Source of the DNA: Candidatus Saccharimonadota bacterium
Lineage (GTDB): Bacteria; Patescibacteriota; Gracilibacteria; BD1-5; UBA6164
Assembly: GCA_963677765.1 (NCBI GenBank)
Contig: OY782392.1
Location: 1 to 32,000, forward strand
Direction of reading: 5' to 3'
DNA: 32,000 bases
Shown here: positions 20,829-29,920 of the stretch, one piece after another
How the letters are laid out: every line of letters starts with the position of its first letter
How positions within the stretch are numbered: the first letter of the stretch is position 1
The notes under the pieces: model-generated
Database searches by the model: none
Told to the model about the DNA's origin: nothing
Seen by the model: only the letters and a program-made list of their open reading frames with translations
Made by a program: the position numbers and the translations under genes

Positions 20829-21227
20829 ATGAATCATCTAAATGAGGTATGGAAAGAATATGACGAATGAGAGATAACTCATTCAATTCTACATTATTTA
20901 TTTGCAATTGACGAATTACATAGAAATAAATGATATGCTAGAGCTGTAGATATTGCTCATAATTTAAACATAACTGCTTGAAGTTGTAGTATATCATTAA
21001 AAAATTTATTAAAGAAAAAATTAATTAAAGAAGATGAAAATAAATTTTATTCATTATGCAACAAATGAAAAAAAATAGTAAAAGAAACTATAGAAAAGAG
21101 AGAAGTATTATATAATTTTTTTCATAATAATTTATGACTCAATGAAAGTATATCTAACATAAACGCTTGTAAATTAGAACATCTAATATGAGATGAAGTT
21201 ATAAAAAAAATAAAAGAGAAGTTTTAA
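20829..21227 (+). CDS. DtxR/IdeR/MntR-family metal-dependent transcriptional repressor (short form, no SH3-like domain)
   Basis: ATG at 20829, TAA at 21225-21227, 132 aa. HYLFAIDELHRNKGYARAVDIAHNLNITAGSCSISLKNLLKKKLI is the wHTH region. NACKLEHLIGDEVIKKI parallels DtxR EACRWEHVMSDEVERRL (Cys-x-x-Glu-His metal site). Confidence 0.75.
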
Positions 21228-21244
21228 TCTCTTTTATTTTTTTT
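21212..21244. terminator. bidirectional intrinsic terminator
   Basis: AAAAGAGA (21212-21219), 8-nt loop, TCTCTTTT (21228-21235), then a long T-run. Shared by the convergent DtxR-like and rhomboid genes. Confidence 0.6.
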
Positions 21245-21806
21245 ATGATTCTCAAATAAATTTTGGTCTAAAAAATTGTTTGTTAAGATAGTAAAATATA
21301 ACTCAAGCTATAACTCAAAACAAATGTCATAACAAACTAATTCAAGGCATAAATCAAATCATTATATTTATTGCAATAGCAGTTATTCATCATTTATATT
21401 CAGGATTATTAAGTGACTTTAATTCTAATACAAAATAAGACAATACAGCCATACAAAATCAACTAATTCATATTGTATTTGTATAATATCAAGATAAATT
21501 AGTTATTAAAAGTCAATTAAATATAGAAACAAATATAAAAAAATATATATATTTTTTTTGTCATATAATTAATTCAACTTGACTTCAAAATAAATATAAA
21601 AAAACTGCATTAAATAAAAAATGAAAAAGATCTCAATGAATAAAATTAGAAATAAATAACTGCAAAATATAATTAATATAGTTTCAATTATCAATAAAAT
21701 AATGATTTATTCAAAAAAGTCATACATTAGGGTTAATATATAATAAAACAGTAAATATAAAACTTAAGAGAATTAAAAAATAATTAAATCAAAAATTTCT
21801 AAACAT
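21243..21806 (-). CDS. rhomboid-family intramembrane serine protease
   Basis: ATG (complement of 21804-21806) to TAA (complement of 21243-21245), 187 aa. HGDLFHFLFNAVFLYLFG, GISGFCMAVL (GxSG) and LLGHLFGVIAG (catalytic His region). Confidence 0.75.
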
Positions 21807-22554
21807 TTTTCCTTGTTTTATATAATAAAATAAAACCAACCAAAAACATAGGTATACTTAAAATTTGTCCCATTGTTATGAATCAATATATATATCATAT
21901 ATGAGAGTCAGGTTGTCTAAAGAAAATTTCTATAAAAATTCTTGAAATAGAATATACAACTAGAAATAATCAAGATATAAAACCTGCTCAAAATTTATGA
22001 TAATGTTTTTTGTATATAAAAAATAATATTATAAATAAAAATAAACCCTCAAATAATGCTTCTAATAAAGTACTAGGAAAATATCATACTCATTCTTTAT
22101 AAATAGCCATAAATCATTCATATCATGGATAACCTAAAAGCTCCTTATTTATATAATTTCATATTCTTCAAAAAAACAAACCAATTGGAGCAACAATAGC
22201 CAAATAATCTGTTAACCTTAAAAATTCTAATTTATTTAGCTTCGAAAATATAAATGAAGCTAATATTACTCATATAAGACCTCAATGAAAACTCATTCAT
22301 CATTCCCAAACTTTAAATATATCTAAGTAATTAGAAATATAATAATCAAAATTATAAAAAAACACATATCATAACCTTCATCATATAACTACTCATAACA
22401 CTATATATAAAAATAAAGAATCTAATTTTTTTTCATCTAATTTTATATATTTAAGAAGTATTATATATCAAATAATAAAAGATAATGCATACATTAATCA
22501 ATAATAAGTAGGTGATAATGTTATTCAAAATAGATCTATTTCAAAAATTTTCAT
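21799..22554 (-). CDS. lgt: prolipoprotein diacylglyceryl transferase
   Basis: ATG (complement of 22552-22554) to TAG (complement of 21799-21801), 251 aa; 8-nt overlap with the rhomboid start. GGRLGYVFFYN, WEGGMSFHGGLIG and FGRIGNYINKELLG are Lgt signatures. Confidence 0.85.
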
Positions 22555-22596
22555 ATATATTTATTTTAAAAAATAAGTTATTTGACTTATATTTAT

Positions 22597-22625
22597 TATA
22601 TTGTATAAAATATTTATACAATATA
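22597..22625. repeat. 13-bp perfect inverted repeat with 3-nt spacer in the lgt / M23-peptidase intergenic region
   Basis: TATATTGTATAAA (22597-22609), ATA, TTTATACAATATA (22613-22625). Confidence 0.5.
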
Positions 22626-22736
22626 AATTGACTTTTATATATTTTTATTAATAATTAATTATATAAAACTTTTCTCTTTAAATAGGGAAGGGTTATTTTT
22701 TTATAACAAAAATATATTAAACAATAAATTATTAAA

Positions 22737-22765
22737 TTGACAAGTATTTTAAATTATGTCATAAT
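22737..22765 (+). promoter_or_regulatory. strong sigma70-like promoter (consensus -35, extended -10)
   Basis: TTGACA (22737-22742), 17-nt spacer ending in TGT, then CATAAT (22760-22765). Lies ~150 nt upstream of the M23 peptidase start. Confidence 0.5.
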
Positions 22766-22911
22766 ATTTTTGTGAAAGTGATTTAAGAATAATTTTAAAT
22801 AATTGTCAATATATATAAATATAAATAACTGTCTGCAAAATAAGTTAATTATTTTCATTATATATAATAAAACAATTTTTAAAAATATATTATTTCAAAA
22901 ATAAAGTTATT

Positions 22912-25287
22912 ATGAAAAAAACAAATACAAATAAAATAATAAGTATATTATCTTTAGCAGTATTTATTACTAATTCATTAATGCCAATATCTGCAACTAT
23001 GGCAAACAATGATTCAGTAGTATATCCACTAAAAGAAATATCTAAGTTAGAATGTAGATTTACACCATTTTGAGAATTATCAAGTGATTGTAAAAAAGAT
23101 TTACCAATACTAAATACAAAAGATTATAATAAATATGCAAAAATGGATGGGGGTTATAATGAGTATACTAGATTATACACTGTATTATGGTGATCAAGTT
23201 ATAAATATGGTTGGGACGTTTGAAATTGAGGTCATATGTGAACAGATATAGCAACTGCAAAAGGAACACCTGTTTATTCTATAGCCGAATGAACTGTTAT
23301 TAAATCTTGATTAGATTGAATGCTTTGAAACTCAATTGCTATCAAACACCAAATTAATTGAAAAACAGTAGTTTCAAGTTATTCACATATGTCAAAATTA
23401 AATGTTTCAGTAGGTGATAAAGTAAATCCTTGAACAAAAATTTGAGAAGTAGGTTCAACATGAAACTCTACATGAAACCATTTACATTTTCAAATAGATA
23501 TTGACACAAAAAATTCTCCTGCTTATTATAACTATAATACTTGTCCATATAGTTATTATAGTATAACTGAAGAATGAAAATGTTTTTCAGAATTAAAAAG
23601 ATTAACTGTTGATCCATTATTATTTTTAGAAACTAAATGAGCTGTATTAAGTGATATTAAAACTACAACTCAAACAGTAGATAGAGGTGATATTTGAGAA
23701 GACTGAATAGATATATCAATTTTTAATAGAACAGTACATATTTGATATGCAATTAATGATATTAAACAAGTACAAAAAATAATGACTAAATTTGGTTATT
23801 ATAACTGAAATATAAGTTGAAGTTATGAAGATGTAGAAGAATCTGTAATACAATATCAAATTGCTACTTGAGTAATTGAAAATAGAAACTCTACCTGAGC
23901 AGGTTGGTTTGGTCCATCAACAAGAAAACAAGCAAAAATAGATTACGATAATTACTTAACAACTTGAGAAATAACAAGTAATGAATATGTTCAAACAACT
24001 GAAAATAATATTGAAACTCAAGTAATTGAAAGAAACAACTTAATGACTAGAGAACAAATTGAAGCAATTGAAGTTGAAAACTTCTTAAAAGATTACAACA
24101 TAGAATTAAATTTTAAAAATGCTTGAACTAATGTAGCTGTATGAAAATCAGAAACATTAGAATTAAAAATTACAGACAAAAGAGGTAAAGCTTTTAAATG
24201 AAGTATGCCATGAGATATGACATTTATAGTAAATACTGAAAAAGTAAATTTATTTCCTACTAAATTATTTTACTTCACAGATGGTAAAAGAGATATACAA
24301 GTAACATGATTAAAAGAAGGTGATACTAAATTATATATAAAAGTTGGTAATGTAACAGTTAAAACATTTAATATAAAAGTATATAACTGAAATAAAACAA
24401 TATATCCTGAAGATGCTGTAATACTTAGTAATAAAACAATAGTATTATGAGACAGTAGTACAGCAATATGAGTATTTAAAGATTCAAATAATAAAAACAT
24501 GATTAACCTACCTTTTGGTTCAACATTTAAATTAAAAGCAAATGAATGAACAGAAGTATGTATTAAAAGATGAACTTTAAAAACTATAAGAACAGCATAT
24601 AACAGAGAATGTAGTGATGAAGAATATAAACAAGAAATAGATTTTACCTATGATGATACAATAGTTTGATTATTAATATTTGATTATAGAACAACTAGCA
24701 GAAATGCTAACATAGAAATTGTTAATAATTATAATAACTTATCTTTAGCTAAAAATACACTAACAGTAAAAGACCCTAAATGATTAGCTTATAATTATGA
24801 ATATAAAAATGAAGTTATAGAGATGCTAGAAAGTTGAGTAGTATCATGAATAAACCAAGGTTATTTTTTACAAGATAGACAATTAAGTCAAGTTGATGCA
24901 TACAATTGGATAAGTAATTCATTAGAAGAATTAAAAACAGAAACAAACAATCAAAGCATTAAAAATAAAATAAACAAAAATATAAACGAAATAAACAGTC
25001 TAAAAAAATGAGCATCAAAATACAAATATTTAACTAGAATGGAATTTAGTGCATTAACATATAAATATTTAATTATTGATCAAAATATAGAAGTTGTTAA
25101 AAATTATAAAGATTTAGATGAAAATAAGAATAAAATAGCCAGTGCTTTATTAAAAAACACTACTTGGAAAGATAGATTTTGAGAATCATATTTCCAACCA
25201 GAAAATATGATTACAAGATGAGAAGCTAGTTTCATATTAGCAACAACTCTAAATAACTATTCAAATAAACAATTAACTCTTAAATAA
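22912..25287 (+). CDS. secreted multidomain M23 (LytM-type) metallopeptidase with PG-binding and SLH-like C-terminal repeats
   Basis: ATG at 22912, TAA at 25285-25287, 791 aa. Signal-like KIISILSLAVFITNSLMPISA. M23 core GGHMGTDIA...GTPVYSIAEGTV...SYSHMS...VGSTGNSTGNHLHFQI. PG_binding_1-like VQKIMTKFGYYNGNISGSYEDVEESVIQYQIATGVI. The beta-rich middle looks Ig-like. The C-terminus has three SLH-like repeats, ending FQPENMITRGEASFILATTL. Confidence 0.8.
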
Positions 25288-25293
25288 AAAAAT

Positions 25294-25410
25294 ATGAAAA
25301 ACAAAAACAAATATCAAGAAAATTTTACAATTGATTTTGAAAATGAAAAATCAATAACTAAGGAAATGGAATTAAAGTTTAATAAAAGGATAATGGAAAT
25401 ATTAGGATAA
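25294..25410 (+). CDS. possible 38-aa ORF (hypothetical)
   Basis: ATG at 25294 to TAA at 25408-25410. No recognisable family. Supported only by being open and by its tight spacing after the peptidase gene. Confidence 0.2.
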   Translation: MKNKNKYQENFTIDFENEKSITKEMELKFNKRIMEILG

Positions 25411-25456
25411 ATACCTTACAAAAATAAAAACAAATTAAATACTAATCAAATATAAT

Positions 25457-25759
25457 ATGAGAACAATTAATAATATAAGAAATAATGAAGTTAATGAAAT
25501 ATTAACTAATAATGAAATTGAAAATACTAGAGATAGTATTGTATCAAAAATACAAAATATAATATCTTGAGAACAAAAATTTGAAACTCAAGAAAATAGT
25601 GATAATAAACATTTAATATTAGAACTAGAACTAGCAAAAATGTTTTGAATTAAAAATACTGAAACAATAGAAAATGATCATAAAAAACCTATGACAGTAG
25701 CTGATGTATTAGCCGATGCAGAAGAACTTTGGAATGAATATGATTTAATAGCTGCATAA
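25457..25759 (+). CDS. hypothetical 100-aa acidic protein
   Basis: ATG at 25457 to TAA at 25757-25759, two in-frame TGA, followed by hairpins and a terminator. No family recognised. Confidence 0.4.
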
Positions 25760-25836
25760 AAAATATAATCATTTGATTATATTTGCAGACATAATAATCA
25801 AATGCTAATTATAATAATTTTACATTTGAAATAATA

Positions 25837-25871
25837 AATAAGAGATTATAGCTATAATCTCTTATTTTTTT
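25837..25871 (+). terminator. intrinsic terminator
   Basis: AATAAGAGATTATA (25837-25850), GC loop, TATAATCTCTTATT (25853-25866), then TTTTT. Confidence 0.65.
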
Positions 25872-25976
25872 GCTTGATTATTTAATAAAAAATAATATAT
25901 TATAAATATAATATTTTATTGTTAAATAAAAGAAAAAGTGCCTCCAAGAAAAACAACAAACAAATCAAAAAAAACT

Positions 25977-28160
25977 ATGAATCCAGAAATAAAAAGATAC
26001 ATTTATGTATCTTTATTTATGTTTATATGAATTATAGCTTTTTTATCAGAAGATTCCCTAGTATGAGAATATTTAGCTAAATGATTAGATTATTTATTTG
26101 GTGATTACTACAAAATAATATTTCCACCCGTAATGATACTTTTATCATTATTTATGATAAAAGAAAAAGATATAGAAATAGATATAACAAGAATAATATG
26201 ATTGTTAATGTATTTTTCATCTACTACAACTATAATATGAAGTATTTTATGAATAAATTATTATGCATTATTTAATTTTTATCCATTACTAAAAGATACT
26301 CTTTGAGCTATAGCAACTATACTTGCTTTTATAATAATATTTTTAACTTCACTAGTAATTCTTTTCAAGTTTTCACCTGTGAATTTTGCAAGAAAAATAT
26401 TTAATATATGAGATAAAATATCAGAAATAAAAGATACATTTGTATGAGAATGACTAAAACCTAAAGATGAAGAAGTAAACAAGAAAGCTTCTAAAAAACA
26501 AGAAAAAGAAGTAGAAAAAAAGAAAAGAGAATATGAAGAAATGATACAAAAGTTAAAAGAAGAAAAAGAAGCTTTAGCTAAAGCAAAACAACCAAAACAA
26601 TTAAATATAGATGAAGCTGAAAAAAGTCCTAAAAAAATAAAAATAGAAAAAAAAGAAACTTGAATTATATGAAGTTTTCTAAATAAAAACAATCAAGAAC
26701 AAAATAATGATGAAAAAATAAATAGAAATACAGAATTTAAAAATTGGGAATTTCCTTCTTTAGAATTACTAGATGATAAAAAAATTGTTTGAGTTGTAGA
26801 TAAAAATGAAATAAGAAGAAAAGAAATAGAAATACAAGAAAAACTACTTCAATTTAAAATAGAAGTAGATATGGAATCATATCAAGTATGACCGACTGTT
26901 ATACAATATAGACTTATACCAAAACAATGAGTTAAATTACAAAAAATTGAAAACTTAAAAAAAGATTTAGCATTAGCTCTGCATGCAAAATCAATAAGAA
27001 TTCAAGCTCCTATTCCAGGACTATGAGTTGTTGGTATAGAAGTTCCTAACCCAAAAAGAGAGGCAGTATATTTAAAAGAAGTATTATCAAGTAGAGAATT
27101 TAATAGTAATAAATACGAACTACCTATAGCATTATGAAGAGATGTTAGTTGACAAGTAGTCGTATGAGATTTAGCTAAAATGCCACATTTACTAGTAGCA
27201 TGACAAACTTGATCAGGTAAATCAGTATGAATGAATGGTTTTCTTGTATCTATGTTATATAAATTTTCTCCTAGTGAATTAAAAATGATAATGGTAGATC
27301 CTAAAAGAGTTGAGTTATCTGTATACAACTGAATACCTCACTTATTAACACCAGTAATAACAAATCCAGAAAAAGCATTAAATGCATTGAAATGGTGTGT
27401 TGCTGAAATGCTTAGAAGATATGATTTAGCAACAAAAGTAAATGCAAGAAATCTAAAAGAATACAATGCAAAAGTTGAAAAACAAGATAAACTCCCATAT
27501 ATAGTATTTGTAATAGATGAACTTGCTGATTTAATGATGAGCTGAAATAAAAAAGAAGTTGAACAATCAATAGCTAGAATAGCACAAATGGCTAGAGCTG
27601 TTTGAATACATTTAATAATTGCAACTCAAAGACCATCAGTTGATGTTATTACATGATTAATAAAAGCTAATGTTCCTTCAAGAATAGCATTTACAGTAGC
27701 ATCACAAATTGATTCTAGAACAGTTATAGATAAGGCATGAGCAGAAGATTTATTAGGAAGATGAGATATGCTTTATTATCCAACATGAGCACTAGATCCA
27801 GAAAGAGTACAATGAGTATTAGTAGAAACTCATGAAGTAGAAGCTGTGGTAAATAAACTAAAGCTAACAGTTGATCCAAATATGATTAACAATCTTCAAA
27901 TACCTGAAATTGTTGATTGAAAATCAAAACTTGAATGATCTATAATGGAAAACTATAAATGAGATCAAGATGAAGATCCTGAAATAATAGAAAAAGCTAT
28001 ACAAGTTATAAAAGAATCTAAAAAATGATCAACATCACTTATACAAAGAAAACTATGATTATGATATGCTAGAGCAGCAAAAGTTTTAGATATATTAGAA
28101 GAATTATGAGTAGTTGGACCTAGTAATTGAAGTAAACCTAGAGATGTTTACGTTGACTAA
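25977..28160 (+). CDS. ftsK: DNA translocase FtsK/SpoIIIE
   Basis: ATG at 25977 (in-frame GTG at 25938 is an alternative start), TAA at 28158-28160, 727 aa. N-terminal TM segments and a KE-rich linker. Walker A LLVAGQTGSGKS (27198-27224, two Gly=TGA), Walker [26 protein letters not shown], gamma domain [29 protein letters not shown]. Confidence 0.9.
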
Positions 28161-28189
28161 AAAGAAGTAATTTTATTACTTCTTTTTTT
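28159..28189 (+). terminator. intrinsic terminator after ftsK
   Basis: AAAGAAGTAAT (28161-28171), TTT loop, ATTACTTCTTT (28175-28185), then TTTT. Confidence 0.65.
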
Positions 28190-28215
28190 AAATATTTATT
28201 ATTTATGTCAAGTTA

Positions 28216-28279
28216 AAAAGTATATATAAATTTGTAAAAGTATATATAGTGTATATACTAATTATATACAGTATATACT
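28216..28279. repeat. cluster of phased GTATATA(T/C) motifs upstream of the small RhuM-like gene
   Basis: AAAAGTATATATA occurs at 28216-28228 and 28236-28248. GTATATAC occurs at 28251-28258 and 28271-28278. Core starts are at 28220, 28240, 28251 and 28271 (spacing 20, 11, 20). Confidence 0.5.
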
Positions 28280-28294
28280 CCTAATACAAAAAAT

Positions 28295-28681
28295 ATGATA
28301 AATATAACAAATAAATGAAAAAGCAATCAAGTTAAAATTAACTGAGAAACAATAAATATATATAAAATCAATAATAATAATTATTTATCAAAAAAAGATA
28401 TTTCTATATTATTTAATACTAAAAAATCTATTATAAAAAATATAATAAAAGAATTAAATATTAATGAATTAAATAAAGTATATTCAAAAGAAAAACAAAA
28501 ATTTATAAATACTTATTCTATTGAAAAGATTATTATTATTTGATACAAATTAAAAAAATTTAATGAAACAAAAAATATAATAAAAATAAATAGAATTATA
28601 AAAAATAATTCAAATAATAGTACTAACTTAATTGATTATACTTTATCTTTATTTTCAAAAATAAAGAATTTAGAATACTAA
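28295..28681 (+). CDS. small hypothetical protein with weak resemblance to the N-terminal region of RhuM-type DNA-binding proteins
   Basis: ATG at 28295, TAA at 28679-28681, 128 aa. ...YLSKKDISILFNTKKSIIKNIIKEL...YSIEKIIIIGYKLK... loosely parallels the RhuM N-terminal pattern (..MAELF.vs..tI..Hl.NIf...LD.IIaVGYRVnS). Match made by eye only. Confidence 0.3.
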
Positions 28682-28711
28682 AAAAAGAAGCTTTTCTAAG
28701 CTTCTTTTTTT
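28681..28711. terminator. bidirectional intrinsic terminator
   Basis: AAAGAAGCTT (28684-28693), 4-nt loop, AAGCTTCTTT (28698-28707), flanked by A and T runs. The convergent mscS stop lies inside the hairpin. Confidence 0.6.
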
Positions 28712-29859
28712 AGTATTAATTCTTGTGTAGGGAAAGCCATCTCTATAGACTCTTTTTGGAATTCATTTTTTATTTCTAGATTAATTTCTTGTTTTTGTTT
28801 TAAGTACAAAGTATAATCATCATTAATAAGTGAAAAATATGTGATATTAATATTTAACGAAAAGTCTCAAAACATATCAAAATTAACCCTAAAAGATGAT
28901 ATAGAATTATCGTCAACATATTTTTGAAGTATAGATTCAATTATAGTAACTCACAATTTCATTTTTTCTAAACTTGTTCAATAAACAACTCATATAGAAA
29001 AATCAGTTCTTCTATTTTGTCTTACAGAATAATTTTCAACTGAACTAGATATTATATTTTCATTTGGTATCATAACTTGATGTCATGATTGATCTTGTAA
29101 AGTAAGGTAACTAAGTCATATTTCCTTTACTGTTCATATATGATTATTTATATTTACATAATCTCAAACTTTAAAAGGCTTATTTAGAAGTATTGTGATA
29201 GCTCAAAAGATATTAGTAATTGACTTCTGTGCAGCTAATGCAATAGCCAATCAACCTATTCATGCTCATGCAATTAGGGCAGATACATCATATCATAAGT
29301 TTCATATAATAGTAATAGCTCAAACTACCCATAAAAAAACTACTATAACCTTGTTAATAAATGGTAGTAAAGTTCTACTAACTGCCTTTAATTTTGATTT
29401 TAATATTAACTCTTTTTTAAACAGTAAGTTAATTAGCTGAGTAGATAATATTAAAAATATAATTATAATTAATACTGATGTAATTTTATCAACTATTTTT
29501 TCTATATACAAAGATAGCTCTGCAATATAAAAAAACACATATAAAGAAACTATATATTTTATTGTATCAAAAAACTTAAGTATAAATTCAAATAATATAT
29601 CATCTAATTCACTTTTTGTTTTTTGAGAAAACCTTTTAAAAACTTTAGATGCAAAAATTATAAAAATAGTTATTAATCAAAAAACTGTAAAGAATGCAAA
29701 AAATGCATTTATATATGAAAAAATAAATTCTCAATAAGAATAATTATCTATATAACTAAATATTTTATTTTCATAAAAAAAGTAATAAACAATAAAATAT
29801 ATTACTCAAAAAACTACATAAAAATAATTTTTTATTAACTTAACTGTATCTTTAATCAT
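28696..29859 (-). CDS. mscS: MscS-family mechanosensitive channel
   Basis: ATG (complement of 29857-29859) to TAG (complement of 28696-28698), 387 aa; includes track ORF 29320-29538. AGAGIGGLAIALAAQKSITNIFGAITILLNKPFKVGDYV...GTVKEIGLSYLTL...MIPNE is the MscS TM3 and beta-domain signature. Confidence 0.8.
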
Positions 29860-29870
29860 AAAAAAAATAA

Positions 29871-29908
29871 AAAAGATTAATATATAAAATTATATATATT
29901 AATCTTTT
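29871..29908 (-). terminator. intrinsic terminator downstream of the U32 peptidase gene
   Basis: AAAAGATTAATATATA (29871-29886), 6-nt loop, TATATATTAATCTTTT (29893-29908), flanked by A and T runs. Confidence 0.55.
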
Positions 29909-29920
29909 TTTGTAAAAGTT

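Noticed and set aside
26279-27328. Track ORFs 26279-26692 (-) and 27002-27328 (-) as genes
   Set aside because: They are antisense shadows of ftsK. Their translations are low-complexity Phe/Ser/Leu-rich, whereas the + strand carries unmistakable FtsK motifs.
28216-28279. Short repeat cluster as a CRISPR array or replication origin
   Set aside because: The repeats are only 8-13 bp with no spacer architecture, there are no cas genes, and I saw no DnaA-box-like TTATCCACA motifs or dnaA/dnaN nearby.
28190-28712. RhuM-like gene region as a mobile element or genomic island
   Set aside because: No integrase, transposase, flanking direct repeats or tRNA target is visible. The gene is simply bracketed by ordinary terminators.
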